Source: an uncultured Clostridia bacterium
GTDB lineage: Bacteria > Bacillota > Clostridia > TANB77 > CAG-508
Assembly (NCBI GenBank): GCA_948976265.1
Contig: CARFUA010000003.1
Coordinates: forward strand, 132,226 to 196,225
Direction of reading: 5' to 3'
DNA: 64,000 nt
Both the position numbers and the translations under genes were made by a program. How positions within the stretch are numbered: the stretch's first letter is position 1; every line of letters starts with the position of its first letter. Positions 1 through 10,904 of the stretch are shown here, in pieces. Below the pieces are notes generated by a model. That model was not told the DNA's origin and searched no databases. It was given only the letters and a program-made list of their open reading frames with translations.

Positions 1-262
1 TGAAGAAATCGAAATCAAAGAAAATGCCGAAGAAGGCGAAGTTGAATTGGAAGATGATATTGTTATCAGCGATGAGGAACTATCAGATGACGATTTAACA
101 GATTTAGATGCGGATGAACTAGAGGATGAAATGGATGACGAATTAGAAGATGAAAGCGATATAGCAGAAGAAGCAGAAGACGAATTCTATGAAAATATCT
201 TAGATGAAGACATTCCAGATGAAGAAATTTTTAAGGATTTGGATAAAGAAACGGAAGAGTAA
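1..262 (+). CDS. 3' end of an upstream ORF with an extremely acidic (Asp/Glu-rich) C-terminal tail. It is possibly the tail of rpoB, judged only from its position upstream of rpoC
   Basis: The frame is open from the window edge (codon phase starts at nt 2) to TAA at 260-262. More than half of the residues are D/E. No RpoB catalytic motifs lie inside the window, so the identity rests on synteny alone. Confidence 0.4.
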   Translation, partial: EEIEIKENAEEGEVELEDDIVISDEELSDDDLTDLDADELEDEMDDELEDESDIAEEAEDEFYENILDEDIPDEEIFKDLDKETEE

Positions 263-265
263 ATT

Positions 266-910
266 ATGAAAAGTTTGAATCGAGAAAAGAAGATTAAGGA
301 TATTCTTCCTATTGAAAAAGGTGGAAAATCAGAAATTAAGCAAAAGGAAGATTTGGATGATTATGTAGAAGAACCATTGTTGGAAATTTGTCGTAAGTTA
401 TATGATTTGAATATTCAAACAGTGATGTCTTCTGCAAATCAAAAAGATATAGGTCAGTCTGCTGACATTGTGATTATTTATGATACATTGTCACAAGAAA
501 ATAAAGAAAGATTGGAAATACTTTCTAGAAATTTTCCAGAAAAATTTAGCATAAGTGAAAATTTTCGTGGACAGGGGAAATCGGTAGTTGATGTAAGGAT
601 GCCAATTACCAATCCAGATACAACGGCTGGCGAAATTTCGGATTATTTCTTCAGCACTTTGCAATTGTTACAGATACAAGATATTGTTTATGATTGTTTT
701 TTAAAAACAGAATTGAAAGCGAAAGTCGCAAAACTTTTTCAGTGTAAAGAAGAAAACTTGACAGAACAAGATTTGCAAGATGGTTTAGAATATATGGGAT
801 ATGAAATTGAGCAAGATGGAAAATATTATACAAAAGAAGCTTTTCGTAGACATGAAGTGTATGTGAATTCCAAATCACAAGAAGATAAATTAAGTGAAAA
901 TCAAAAATAA
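266..910 (+). CDS. hypothetical protein (214 aa) lying between the acidic ORF tail and rpoC
   Basis: Long ORF whose ATG is 3 nt after the upstream stop. Codon usage looks coding. No motif recognised. Confidence 0.6.
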   Translation: MKSLNREKKIKDILPIEKGGKSEIKQKEDLDDYVEEPLLEICRKLYDLNIQTVMSSANQKDIGQSADIVIIYDTLSQENKERLEILSRNFPEKFSISENFRGQGKSVVDVRMPITNPDTTAGEISDYFFSTLQLLQIQDIVYDCFLKTELKAKVAKLFQCKEENLTEQDLQDGLEYMGYEIEQDGKYYTKEAFRRHEVYVNSKSQEDKLSENQK

Positions 911-1026
911 AGTTAATTAAATATTACAATGATGGATGTTTGAATGACAGAAAAACTGTACAGCGGTGGATATTCTAAGCAAAAATACATTGTAAAAACC
1001 CAAAAATATTTAGAGGGGGCTAGGAA

Positions 1027-4000
1027 TTGGAAGAATTAGAAGTTTTTAATAAATTGAAAATTGGTTTGGCTTCAGATGATAAAGTCAGAGAATGGTCACA
1101 TGGTGAAGTAAAAAAACCAGAAACAATCAATTATAGAACACTAAAACCAGAAAAAGATGGACTATTTTGTGAGAAAATATTTGGTCCAACCAAAGACTGG
1201 GAATGTCATTGTGGAAAATATAAAAGAGTAAGATATAAAGGAATTGTCTGTGACCGTTGTGGTGTTGAGGTTACAACTTCAAAGGTAAGAAGAGAGAGAA
1301 TGGGGCATATTGAACTGGCTGCCCCAGTGGCTCATATTTGGTATTTTAAAGGAATTCCAAGTAGAGTTGCTTTGCTACTTGATATTTCACCAAGAAGTTT
1401 GGAAAAAGTCATTTATTTTTCTTCCTATATCGTAACGGATAAAGGAAGCAGTGATTTGCAAAAATATCAAGTAATCAATGAAAAGGAATTTCATGAGACA
1501 GAAGAAAAATTTGGCAGAGGTTCTTTTAAAGCAGAAATGGGAGCAGAGGCAATCCAAAAATTGTTAAAAGAAATTGATATTGACAAATTGTCTGAAAAAT
1601 TGAAAAAAGAAATTGGAAAAGCAAGTGAGCAAAAAAAGGCAAAATTGGTAAAAAGATTGGATACAGTTGAATCTTTCAGAATGTCTGGAAATAAGCCAGA
1701 ATGGATGGTTATGAATGTTGTGCCAGTTATTCCACCAGAAATAAGGCCAATGGTTCAATTAGATGGTGGTCGATTTGCTACTTCTGATTTGAATGATTTA
1801 TATCGTCGTGTTATCAATAGAAATAATCGTTTAAAAAGATTATTGGAATTAGGAGCACCAGAGATTATTGTTAGAAATGAAAAACGTATGTTACAAGAAT
1901 CAGTGGATGCTTTAATTGACAATGGTAGACGTGGAAGACCAGTTACAGGAGCTGGAAATAGAGCTTTGAAATCCTTGTCTGATATGTTAAAAGGAAAGCA
2001 AGGACGTTTCCGTCAAAACTTGCTTGGTAAGAGGGTTGACTATTCTGGACGTTCTGTTATTGTGGTTGGTCCAGAACTTAAAATTTATCAATGTGGACTT
2101 CCAAAAGAGATGGCAGTTGAATTGTTCAAGCCATTTGTTATGAGAGAATTGGTAGGACGTGGAATTGCACATAATATCAAAAATGCAAAAAGAATGGTGG
2201 AGAAGCAAAAGGCTGAAATCTGGGATATTTTGGAAGAAGTAATTCAAGATCATCCAGTTATGTTAAACCGTGCACCAACGCTTCATAGACTTGGTATTCA
2301 AGCTTTCCAACCAATTTTGGTAGAAGGTAGAGCAATTAAACTTCATCCACTTGTTTGTACTGCTTTCAACGCTGACTTTGACGGTGACCAAATGGCGGTT
2401 CACGTTCCACTAACACCAGAAGCAATTGCAGAAGCAAGATTCTTAATGTTATCGGTTAATAACCTATTAAAACCACAAGATGGAAAACCAGTTACGGTTC
2501 CAACACAAGATATGATTTTAGGTGCTTACTATTTAACGGTTCAAATTGATGGTGAAAAGGGCGAAGGCATGTACTTCAAAGATGAAGATGAAGCGATGCT
2601 TGCTTATCAAAATGGTGATGTTGGTTTACATTGTAAAATTAAAGTTAGAAGATTTAAAGAAGATGAAGAGGGAAATGTTCGTAGTAAGACGATTGAAACA
2701 ACGATTGGTCGTTTGATTTATAATCAAGGAATTCCACAAGATTTGGGATTTGTGGATAGAAATGACCCAGAAAATGAATTTGATTTAGAAATCAATTTCC
2801 CAGTTATCAAAAAGAATTTGGGAACCATTGTTTCAAAATGTATTAATGTTCATGGTTTGTCGGAAACAGCTGATGTATTAGATTACATTAAAGCAACTGG
2901 TTATAAATATTCAACCAAAGGTGCAATTACGGTGTCTGTTATTGACGTTGCCGTTCCAGAAGCGAAAAAGGATATTTTAGCAAAAGCGGATGAAGATGTT
3001 GGAAGAATTTTCAAACAATATCAAAGAGGTATGATTACAAATGATGAACGTTATGAAGCAATCATTAAAGTATGGGAAAAGGCAACAGATGATGTTACGC
3101 AAGCTATGAAAGAGAATTTTGATGAGCTTAACCCAATTTACATGATGGCGCAATCTGGAGCCCGTGGTAATATGAATCAGTTGAGACAAATTGCTGGTAT
3201 GAGAGGACTTATGGCAAATACATCAGGTAAAGCTGTTGAAATTCCAATCAAATCTTGTTTCCGTGAAGGATTGGATGCTTTGGAATATTTCATTTCTTCT
3301 CATGGTGCAAGAAAAGGTTTGGCAGATACAGCTTTAAGAACAGCCGATTCAGGATACTTGACAAGAAGATTGGTTGACGTTTCACAAGATATTATTATTA
3401 TAGAAGAAGATTGTGGTTCTCATGATGGTATTATATTGGAAGATATTAAAGATGGAAACCAAATTATTGAAGGCTTAGAAGAAAGACTTGTTGGTCGATT
3501 TGTATTAGAAGATTTAAAGAATCCAGAAACAGGTGATTTGATTGTAGATAACAATACGATGATTACTGAAGCTATGGCTAAGCAAATTATAAATGCTGGA
3601 ATTACAAAAGTTGGCGTACGTTCCATTTTGGGATGTAAATGTAAACATGGTGCTTGTAGTAAGTGTTATGGTATGGGATTGGCAACAAGAAAAATCGTTA
3701 ATAAAGGAGAATCTGTTGGTATTATTGCTGCTCAATCAATTGGTGAGCCAGGTACACAGCTTACGATGAGAACGTTCCATACAGGTGGTGTTGCTGGAGG
3801 CGATATTACACAAGGTCTTCCTAGGGTTGAAGAATTGTTTGAAGCTAGAAATCCTAAGGGTGTTGCTGTAATTTCTGAAATTGCTGGTAAAGTTAAGATT
3901 AATGATGAGAAGAAGAGAAAAGAAGTTGTTGTAACCTCAAAAGATAATAGTAAAAAATATGCTATCAGCTTTGGTTCTAAATTGAAAGTAAAAGACGGTC

Positions 4001-4605
4001 AAGAAGTAGAAGCTGGTGACCCATTGACAGAAGGTTCGATTAATCCAAATGAATTGCTTTTGATTAAAGGGGCAGAAGGTGTTTATAAATATATTATTGC
4101 GGAAGTTCAAAAAGTTTATCGAAATCAAGGTGTTGATATTAATGATAAACACATTGAAGTTATTGCAAGACAAATGCTTAAGAAGATAAGGATAGAAGAT
4201 CCAGGAGATACTGGATTATATGGTGCTTCTCTTGTGGATTCTCTTGAATTTGAAGAGATTAACAAGAAAATGGAAGAAGAAGGAAAAAGACCTGCAACAG
4301 GAAAAAGAGCGTTGCTTGGTATTACAAAAGCATCACTTGCAACAGAAAGTTTCTTATCAGCAGCATCTTTCCAAGAGACAACAAAGGTATTGACAGAAGC
4401 AGCGATTAAAGGTAAAATAGATCCATTATTAGGATTAAAAGAAAATGTAATTCTTGGTAAATTGATTCCAACAGGTACGGGACTTAAAACGTATCAAGAT
4501 ATTGAAATCAATACGAAAGTGAAAACTGCAATAGAAGAGGAATTAGAAGAAGCCGAAGAAATGGAAGATTCAGAAGAGAAAGTCGAAATAAAAACGGAAG
4601 AATAG
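1027..4605 (+). CDS. rpoC: DNA-directed RNA polymerase subunit beta'
   Basis: 1192 aa. Contains the zinc-finger [23 protein letters not shown], the catalytic [14 protein letters not shown] motif, and bridge-helix and trigger-loop regions. TTG start 7 nt after a GAGGGGG RBS. Confidence 0.97.
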   Translation: MEELEVFNKLKIGLASDDKVREWSHGEVKKPETINYRTLKPEKDGLFCEKIFGPTKDWECHCGKYKRVRYKGIVCDRCGVEVTTSKVRRERMGHIELAAPVAHIWYFKGIPSRVALLLDISPRSLEKVIYFSSYIVTDKGSSDLQKYQVINEKEFHETEEKFGRGSFKAEMGAEAIQKLLKEIDIDKLSEKLKKEIGKASEQKKAKLVKRLDTVESFRMSGNKPEWMVMNVVPVIPPEIRPMVQLDGGRFATSDLNDLYRRVINRNNRLKRLLELGAPEIIVRNEKRMLQESVDALIDNGRRGRPVTGAGNRALKSLSDMLKGKQGRFRQNLLGKRVDYSGRSVIVVGPELKIYQCGLPKEMAVELFKPFVMRELVGRGIAHNIKNAKRMVEKQKAEIWDILEEVIQDHPVMLNRAPTLHRLGIQAFQPILVEGRAIKLHPLVCTAFNADFDGDQMAVHVPLTPEAIAEARFLMLSVNNLLKPQDGKPVTVPTQDMILGAYYLTVQIDGEKGEGMYFKDEDEAMLAYQNGDVGLHCKIKVRRFKEDEEGNVRSKTIETTIGRLIYNQGIPQDLGFVDRNDPENEFDLEINFPVIKKNLGTIVSKCINVHGLSETADVLDYIKATGYKYSTKGAITVSVIDVAVPEAKKDILAKADEDVGRIFKQYQRGMITNDERYEAIIKVWEKATDDVTQAMKENFDELNPIYMMAQSGARGNMNQLRQIAGMRGLMANTSGKAVEIPIKSCFREGLDALEYFISSHGARKGLADTALRTADSGYLTRRLVDVSQDIIIIEEDCGSHDGIILEDIKDGNQIIEGLEERLVGRFVLEDLKNPETGDLIVDNNTMITEAMAKQIINAGITKVGVRSILGCKCKHGACSKCYGMGLATRKIVNKGESVGIIAAQSIGEPGTQLTMRTFHTGGVAGGDITQGLPRVEELFEARNPKGVAVISEIAGKVKINDEKKRKEVVVTSKDNSKKYAISFGSKLKVKDGQEVEAGDPLTEGSINPNELLLIKGAEGVYKYIIAEVQKVYRNQGVDINDKHIEVIARQMLKKIRIEDPGDTGLYGASLVDSLEFEEINKKMEEEGKRPATGKRALLGITKASLATESFLSAASFQETTKVLTEAAIKGKIDPLLGLKENVILGKLIPTGTGLKTYQDIEINTKVKTAIEEELEEAEEMEDSEEKVEIKTEE

Positions 4606-4618
4606 GTGAGGAGTAAAT

Positions 4619-5317
4619 ATGGCGAAACAAAGAAGTAAAAAAAATGAAAATAATTTTAAGAAAAAGAGTACGCCAAGAATATTGCCGATTTCAATTATTT
4701 TATTTATAATTCTTGCGGGTTTAGCTTTATATATTATATTGAATAAAGGAAAAATCGCTGGTTATTCGTTGGTTAAAATTGAGACACCTACAGTTTCAGG
4801 AGAAGAAATTGTAGAGGAAAAAGAAGATAAGATAGAAATTTTATCAGAAAAGAAATATTTATCTTTGAAAAATAAGGAGAAGTCGAAAATATCTGTTTTA
4901 ATAAATGGTGAAGAAGTTGACTTGACAGAAGTAGAGTTGTCTTCCTCCAATGAAGATAGTATCAAGATAAAAAATGGGGAGGCAGTTGCAGTTTCTGCTG
5001 GAAAGTCAACGATTACTGCTAAAAAAGACGATTTGCAAACGAGTATTGATTTGCGTGCTATTATTCCGATTACTTCGATGACGTTTACAACAACCAATTC
5101 TACGGTTAGAGTTGGGAAATCATTGCAGATGAAATTGGTGGCAAAACCTTCTGATGCCAGTATTGAGACTTTAAAATACGAATCCAGTGATGAATCAATT
5201 GCAACAGTTAATTCCAATGGAATTGTAACAGGCGTAGCGCCTGGAACCGTTACTATTACGGTAACAGACAAATATAGTGAATTGGAAAAAAGCTTAAAGT
5301 TGACCATAAAAAAATAA
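4619..5317 (+). CDS. membrane-anchored protein with bacterial Ig-like (Big_2) domains
   Basis: Basic N-terminus plus a TM helix. The C-terminus carries ATVNSNGIVTGVAPGTVTITVTD, typical of Big_2. Starts 14 nt after the rpoC stop. Confidence 0.7.
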   Translation: MAKQRSKKNENNFKKKSTPRILPISIILFIILAGLALYIILNKGKIAGYSLVKIETPTVSGEEIVEEKEDKIEILSEKKYLSLKNKEKSKISVLINGEEVDLTEVELSSSNEDSIKIKNGEAVAVSAGKSTITAKKDDLQTSIDLRAIIPITSMTFTTTNSTVRVGKSLQMKLVAKPSDASIETLKYESSDESIATVNSNGIVTGVAPGTVTITVTDKYSELEKSLKLTIKK

Positions 5318-5322
5318 AAGTA

Positions 5323-5350
5323 AAGCATCTCATTTTGAGATGCTTTTTTG
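5323..5350 (+). terminator. rho-independent terminator of the rpoC operon
   Basis: AAGCATCTCA-TTTT-GAGATGCTT stem followed by a T run. Confidence 0.85.
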
Positions 5351-5420
5351 TATAAAAAATACTTTTAATGCAAGAAAAAATATGATATAGTAAACTTAAT
5401 AAAAAGGAGAAAAGTTGAAG

Positions 5421-6056
5421 ATGAATATTTTGAAGATTTACGAAAAATATCACTTACCCGAAAATTTGCAATTACATATGCTTAGAGTTGCGAGTTGTGC
5501 GATGTTGATAATGGATAATTGGAATGGTCCTGAAATTGATGAAAGAGCCATTATTCGAGTTTCGTTATTACATGATGTAGGAAACATTTTGAAGATTCCA
5601 GAGGATTTTTCGAAGGATGAAGGTTTTTTGAAACTGAGAAAAAAATATTTTGAAAAATATGGTACAAATGACCATGAACTAAATTTGGAAATTGGAAAAT
5701 TAGAGGGATTAAGTGAAAAAGAGATGACAATTTTGGACGGAAAAAGGTCAAGAAAAAATGAAGAAACTTTGGAGTCGAAATCCTATGAAAGAAAAATTTG
5801 TGCGTATTGTGACCAAAGAGTTGCGCCAAATGGCGTGGTTGGAATTAAGGAAAGATTAGAAGATGCTAAGGTGAGATATAAAAATAAGCCGTTATCAGTT
5901 TGGTCGGATGAGAAAAAAGCAAATCGTTTGATTGGATGTTCTTTGGCAATTGAAAAACAGATTATGCAATTTTGTGATTTGAAGCCAGAAGCTATTAATG
6001 ATGATACAATTGCACCTTATATAGAAAATTTGAAGAAGTATGAAATGGGAGAATAA
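5421..6056 (+). CDS. HD-domain phosphohydrolase
   Basis: Contains H..LRVA and the SLLHDVGN (HD) motif. ATG follows an AAGGAGAAAAG RBS; the ORF track starts at TTG 5415. Confidence 0.65.
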   Translation: MNILKIYEKYHLPENLQLHMLRVASCAMLIMDNWNGPEIDERAIIRVSLLHDVGNILKIPEDFSKDEGFLKLRKKYFEKYGTNDHELNLEIGKLEGLSEKEMTILDGKRSRKNEETLESKSYERKICAYCDQRVAPNGVVGIKERLEDAKVRYKNKPLSVWSDEKKANRLIGCSLAIEKQIMQFCDLKPEAINDDTIAPYIENLKKYEMGE

Positions 6057-6057
6057 A

Positions 6058-6663
6058 ATGATTAAAAATATAATTTTTGATTTGTCAGAAGTGCTTATTT
6101 CGGGATTTCATTTAGAGGTAGTAAAACTAATAGAACAGAATACAAACATAGCAGGAGAGATGTTTTTAGAGAGAAAATCGGAAACATTGGATGTATTTTT
6201 AGATGCAATGCGAGGGAGATATTCGGAAGATGAATATGTAGAGAAATTATTAGAAGGTACGGATTGGAATTTTGATAAAGAAACCTTGAAAAAGTGGATT
6301 AGGCAAGGGTTGAATATTGCGGTGAAAGGAACAATGGAAATTGTTAAAAAGTTGAAAAAGCAATATCATCTGATTTTATTATCGGATCATATGAGAGAAT
6401 GGGTAGAATTTATTTTAGAAAATAATGCGGAATTGAATATTTTTGAGCATCAGTATTTTTCATATGATTATGGTTTGCTTAAAACAGATGAAGGTTGTTT
6501 TGATTATATTTTGAAAGATTTAAAGATAAAGTCTGAAGAGACTATTTTTATTGACGATTCAAAAGAAAATGTTGCAATGGCTAGAAAAAGTGGGATTGAC
6601 GGAATTGTTTTTCAAAGTGCGGAAGATTTAGAAAGAGAATTGAAAGAAAGGAAAATTTTATAA
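6058..6663 (+). CDS. HAD-superfamily hydrolase
   Basis: IIFDLSEVL (DxD-like motif I) and a C-terminal FIDDS motif. An alternative ATG lies at 6040. Confidence 0.65.
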   Translation: MIKNIIFDLSEVLISGFHLEVVKLIEQNTNIAGEMFLERKSETLDVFLDAMRGRYSEDEYVEKLLEGTDWNFDKETLKKWIRQGLNIAVKGTMEIVKKLKKQYHLILLSDHMREWVEFILENNAELNIFEHQYFSYDYGLLKTDEGCFDYILKDLKIKSEETIFIDDSKENVAMARKSGIDGIVFQSAEDLERELKERKIL

Positions 6664-7251
6664 ATGAAAATTGGAATTGATGTAGATGGTGTGATTATAG
6701 ATTATGAAAAAGGTTTACTAACAGCCGCGGAACTTTTTGATATGGAAAAATGTAGAGGTAATGGAAAGATTCATCCGAATGAATTTCGTGTGCAAGATCG
6801 ATATGATTGGACAGAAGAGGAAAAAAAGAGATTTTTAAATGAGGATTTTCAAAGAGTTTCCGCTGAGGCATCAATTATGCCTGGTGCCAAATATGTATTG
6901 CAAAAATTGAAGGAAATGGGACACGAATTAATTTTGATTTCAGCAAGGGGAAAAGACGAGGAAAACACGGTGGATATTATTACAGAGAAGTTTAAAAAGG
7001 AAAATATTAAGGTTGACAAATGCTATTGGAAAAAACGTGAAAAGTTAGCAGTTTGTCAAGCAGAAGAAATTTTACTTATGATTGACGACAAGCCTACTAC
7101 TTGTCAGACAATGGCGGAAAATCAAATTAAAACATTATATTTTCGAGGAATCCGTGGTTGGAATTTGGAAGAAAATGAATATTTAAAAGAAGTGAGCAAT
7201 TGGGGAGAAGTGTATCGTTATATCGTGAAAGAGTGTGGGGAAAATGGATAG
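6664..7251 (+). CDS. HAD-family 5'(3')-deoxyribonucleotidase-like (NT5C-type) protein
   Basis: MKIGIDVDGVIIDY N-terminus, ISAR and MIDDK motifs. Paralogous to the ORF at 62203. Confidence 0.6.
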   Translation: MKIGIDVDGVIIDYEKGLLTAAELFDMEKCRGNGKIHPNEFRVQDRYDWTEEEKKRFLNEDFQRVSAEASIMPGAKYVLQKLKEMGHELILISARGKDEENTVDIITEKFKKENIKVDKCYWKKREKLAVCQAEEILLMIDDKPTTCQTMAENQIKTLYFRGIRGWNLEENEYLKEVSNWGEVYRYIVKECGENG

Positions 7252-7278
7252 AATTAAGGAGATAGAAGGAGCAGTTTT

Positions 7279-7683
7279 ATGAAAGATTTATTAAAAACCA
7301 ATTGTTATGATATCGAAAAAAATATTATTATTGTGGGAAGTTGTTTGCCAGATAGGGAGCCAAAAGCGTTTGAAGCATTAAAGAAAATGTCGCCTAATTT
7401 GTATGAAGTTTGTTTGGAAAAAGAGCATTTGAATATGGTGATTACAAAGATAATGGGAATGCTGGCAAGAGCCAATGTAAAAAAATTGATATTTGCGACA
7501 GTTGACAAATCGCCACATTGTGTGCAACTTCATTATGTTGTAAAAGAGTTGGAAAAGGCGATGGATTTGAGCAAAGTTGAAATTAAAAATTATGTTGCAG
7601 TAGATGATAAGCTGGTAGAAATTCCGATGAAAGTGATTGGAATGTCGAAAAATTTAGTGAAGTTAAAGGAGGAATTAGGATGA
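7279..7683 (+). CDS. hypothetical protein (134 aa)
   Basis: ORF with an ATGA stop/start overlap to the next gene. No motif recognised. Confidence 0.55.
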   Translation: MKDLLKTNCYDIEKNIIIVGSCLPDREPKAFEALKKMSPNLYEVCLEKEHLNMVITKIMGMLARANVKKLIFATVDKSPHCVQLHYVVKELEKAMDLSKVEIKNYVAVDDKLVEIPMKVIGMSKNLVKLKEELG

Positions 7684-8711
7684 TAAAACCAGAAAGATTA
7701 AGAAAAGGCGACAAGGTCGCAATTGTGAGCTTGTCAAGTGGAAGATTGGGTGATGAACGATTCATTCACAAGTATGAATTGGGCAAAAAAAGATTAGAAG
7801 AAAAATTCGGTTTGGAAGTGGTCGCCATGCCAAACGCCTTGAAAGGTGAGCAATATTTATATGAACATCCTGAAAAAAGGGCAGAAGATTTGATGAATGC
7901 ATTTAAAGATACAAGCATAAAAGCTATCATTTGTTCGATTGGTGGAGATGATACCATTCGTTTGTTACCGTATATTGATTATGAAATCATTCGAAAAAAT
8001 CCCAAAATATTTACAGGATTTTCAGACACGACAGCCAATCATTTTATGATGTATAAAGCAGGACTCATTTCTTATTATGGTCCATGTTTGATGTGCGATT
8101 TTGCAGAATACGTGGACATGTATGATTATACAGAAAATGCCATTCGAAAATTGTGGTTTGAGGCAGAGGAAAATTATGAAATCAAAAAGTGTGATTATTG
8201 GACAAAAGAGAGGATTGAATGGCGTGAAGAAAATAGCAATAAACAAAAAACAAGATTAAAAGATGAAAAAGGTTATGAAGTAATTCAAGGCAAAGGAAAA
8301 GTGACGGGGAAATTGCTAGGAGGTTGTTTAGATGCTTTTCCAATTTATAATGGCACAGAAGTGTGGCCAAAGCTGGAAGAATGGAAAGACAAAATTATTT
8401 TTCTAGAAACAAGCGAAGATAAACCAACTCCAGATTTGGTAACGTTTTATTTAAGAAATTTGGGAGCACAAGGAATTTTGAAGGTTGCTAAAGGAATCAT
8501 TGTTGGGAAGCCAAAAGAAGAGGCATTTTATGAAGAATATAAAGACGTATATCGTGCTGTTTTAAAGGAATTTGGAAGAGAAGATATGCCAGTTTTGTAT
8601 AATGTGAATTTTGGGCATAGTTGCCCGATTGGAATTATCCCATACGGAATTGAGTGTGAATTAGATGTGGAAGAGAAGAAAATAACATTGTTAGAAGCGA
8701 TTGTGAAATAA
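7680..8711 (+). CDS. S66 family LD-carboxypeptidase / MccF-like serine peptidase
   Basis: Contains GDKVAIVSLSSG and FTGFSDTTANH (nucleophile Ser motif). 343 aa. Confidence 0.75.
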   Translation: MIKPERLRKGDKVAIVSLSSGRLGDERFIHKYELGKKRLEEKFGLEVVAMPNALKGEQYLYEHPEKRAEDLMNAFKDTSIKAIICSIGGDDTIRLLPYIDYEIIRKNPKIFTGFSDTTANHFMMYKAGLISYYGPCLMCDFAEYVDMYDYTENAIRKLWFEAEENYEIKKCDYWTKERIEWREENSNKQKTRLKDEKGYEVIQGKGKVTGKLLGGCLDAFPIYNGTEVWPKLEEWKDKIIFLETSEDKPTPDLVTFYLRNLGAQGILKVAKGIIVGKPKEEAFYEEYKDVYRAVLKEFGREDMPVLYNVNFGHSCPIGIIPYGIECELDVEEKKITLLEAIVK

Positions 8712-8720
8712 GGAGAAAAA

Positions 8721-9221
8721 ATGCAAATTAGAAAAGTAGAAGAAAAAGATATTGAGCAAATTGTTGATATTAAAATAAGAGGTTGGCAAAGTGCCTATCG
8801 AGGAATTATTGATGATAAATTTTTAGATTCGATGAATCGAGAAGAGAAGATTGCGAAGTTTAAAAAAGATTATGATATAAGTGGTTATATTGTGGCAGAG
8901 GAAGATGATGAAGTTTTGGGATTTTGTAGATATGTGGAAGAAAATGAATATTTCAAAGGATACGAAGAAATCGAAGCTGAAATATGTGCACTTTATGTGA
9001 AACCAGAGTGGAAGCGAAAAGGCATCGGAAAGTTGATGATAGAATATGCATTGAATGATTTAAAACAAAAAGGAAAATCAAAAATTATTTTGTGGTGTTT
9101 GAAGGAAAATGATTCTGCAAGAATTTTTTATGAGAAAATGGGCGGAAAACTGTTGGCAGAAAAGAAAATTGAAATCGGAAATAGAATGTATGATGAAGTA
9201 GCGTATGTATTCGAAGTTTAG
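8721..9221 (+). CDS. GNAT family N-acetyltransferase
   Basis: RKGIGKLM acetyl-CoA binding motif and the expected size. Confidence 0.75.
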   Translation: MQIRKVEEKDIEQIVDIKIRGWQSAYRGIIDDKFLDSMNREEKIAKFKKDYDISGYIVAEEDDEVLGFCRYVEENEYFKGYEEIEAEICALYVKPEWKRKGIGKLMIEYALNDLKQKGKSKIILWCLKENDSARIFYEKMGGKLLAEKKIEIGNRMYDEVAYVFEV

Positions 9222-9229
9222 GAGGAAAC

Positions 9230-9769
9230 ATGGAATTATTTTTAGAAGAAGTGAAAGATTTTGAGGCGTTAAAAGAAGTTTTGAAAAAGTATCCAGAAGT
9301 GCCGACAGAATATAAAGTAGCGGTGATTGTGTTTGCTTTTGATGAGGAAAATCGATTGATTTTGCAAAGAAGAGGTCCAGCGTGTCGTGATGAACGATTT
9401 AAGTTAGAGGGAATCGGCGGAGGTGTTCAGGAGACGGATTATGATTTTCGAAGTGCTTTGCAACGAGAAATTGTCGAGGAAGTTGGTGAAAATGCAAAAA
9501 TAAAAGTCAATGAATTTATAACGGCGATTGGAGAAAAGACGTTTGATTTAAGAGAAAATAAAGAAAATTATTGGATTCTGCTTGCCTATAAAGGTACTTT
9601 TGAAGGCGGAGAATTGCAAATTTTAGAACCAACAAAGAATCTTGGTTATGAAAAATATAAAATTGATGAAGTAAACGAGGAAGAGTCGAGTGTTGCTACA
9701 AGGAAGTTTTATGGGATTATGAAAGAGAGGTTTGGAGAAAGGAAGAGAGAAGATGAACTTGAATTATGA
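9230..9769 (+). CDS. NUDIX hydrolase
   Basis: Nudix box GGGVQETDYDFRSALQREIVEEVGE. Confidence 0.8.
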   Translation: MELFLEEVKDFEALKEVLKKYPEVPTEYKVAVIVFAFDEENRLILQRRGPACRDERFKLEGIGGGVQETDYDFRSALQREIVEEVGENAKIKVNEFITAIGEKTFDLRENKENYWILLAYKGTFEGGELQILEPTKNLGYEKYKIDEVNEEESSVATRKFYGIMKERFGERKREDELEL

Positions 9770-10106
9770 TTTTGCAAATGCATGGTTAGAAAAATTGAGA
9801 ACTTTTTGGAAAAATAGAGATGTCGAAGGAGCAAGTAGTTTATTTGTTAGAACGACTTATTATCAAGAAACACCGTTTGTAGAACCTTTTACGAATTTTG
9901 AGGAAATTAGGAAAGAGTGGGGTTATATTGAAAATCAAGAGATTCAGAAAATTGAATTTAAGATATTGGCAATTGAGAAAAATACAATGATTGTGGAGTG
10001 GCTGTTTGAAAGAGATGTAAAAGTTTTTGATGGGATTTATGAGATAAAGTTTGATGATAATTTGCAATGTGTTTGGTTTAGAAGTTGGGAAATGGAGAAA
10101 AAGTAA
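9753..10106 (+). CDS. hypothetical small protein (about 117 aa)
   Basis: ORF overlapping the NUDIX 3' end. The first ATG is at 9753; the ORF track begins at TTG 9732. Confidence 0.5.
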   Translation: MNLNYDFANAWLEKLRTFWKNRDVEGASSLFVRTTYYQETPFVEPFTNFEEIRKEWGYIENQEIQKIEFKILAIEKNTMIVEWLFERDVKVFDGIYEIKFDDNLQCVWFRSWEMEKK

Positions 10107-10119
10107 AGGAGGAAAATTT

Positions 10120-10809
10120 ATGAAAAATATTGCAATTGTAACTGGTGGAACAGGAGGATTAGGTTTAGAATTGGTAAAGCAATTTTTGGCAAAAGGATGG
10201 TTTGTGTGCAACATAGGCAGAAACGAAGAAAAAATAAATAAACTGCAAAAAGAATTGAAAGAAAATTACTGTGGGTTTTGTGGAGATGTTTCAGATGAAG
10301 AATTTATGATTCGCACCATTGAGGAAATTGCAAAGATTGGAAAAATTAAAATTCTTGTAAATAATGCAGGAGAACCTTCTTTTAAGTTACCAACAAAATA
10401 TACCAAAAAAGATGTTGACAAATGTTTGAAAGGTTTACAAGGCATGATTATTGCATCAACACAAGTGTTGAAGGTTACGGAGGAGAAAGATGTAAAAATT
10501 GTGAATATCATGTCTTCAGCAGCTTTGCGAGGCAACAAGCAGGAAAGTGTTTATTGTGCTACCAAATGGGGCGAAAGAGGTTATACGGAAAGTTTGAAAG
10601 TTGCTTATAAAGGAACGAGTGTAAAAATAATTGGTGTGTATCCTGGTGGAATGAATACAGATTTTTATGAAAATAGTAGAGATTATGTGACAGAAGAAAA
10701 GCAGAATTCTTTTATGAATCCAAACGAAGTTGCAGATATGATTTTGCAAAATGTGTTAAATGAAAATAATTTAACGGTGGCGGATATTGTGATTGAGAGA
10801 AATGGTTAA
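10120..10809 (+). CDS. short-chain dehydrogenase/reductase (SDR)
   Basis: TGGTGGLG cofactor motif and YCATK (YxxxK). AAGGAGG RBS lies before ATG 10120. Confidence 0.85.
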   Translation: MKNIAIVTGGTGGLGLELVKQFLAKGWFVCNIGRNEEKINKLQKELKENYCGFCGDVSDEEFMIRTIEEIAKIGKIKILVNNAGEPSFKLPTKYTKKDVDKCLKGLQGMIIASTQVLKVTEEKDVKIVNIMSSAALRGNKQESVYCATKWGERGYTESLKVAYKGTSVKIIGVYPGGMNTDFYENSRDYVTEEKQNSFMNPNEVADMILQNVLNENNLTVADIVIERNG

Positions 10810-10904
10810 TGCAAGTATTGTTCCCAAAAAAGAATAATAAATTAAAATATTGAATATTATTCTTAAAACGGAATGATATAAAATTTATCGAAAAGGAGAA
10901 GAAA

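Noticed and set aside
4762-5328. Long antisense ORFs from the six-frame track. Examples: 4762-5328 (-, 188 aa), 34522-34938 (-), 39234-39590 (-), 30310-30690 (-), 21420-21791 (-) and 11003-11389 (-)
   Set aside because: They lie fully inside or opposite well-supported genes or promoter regions. They have low-complexity F/L/I/S-rich translations typical of shadow frames in AT-rich DNA, and they lack RBSs.
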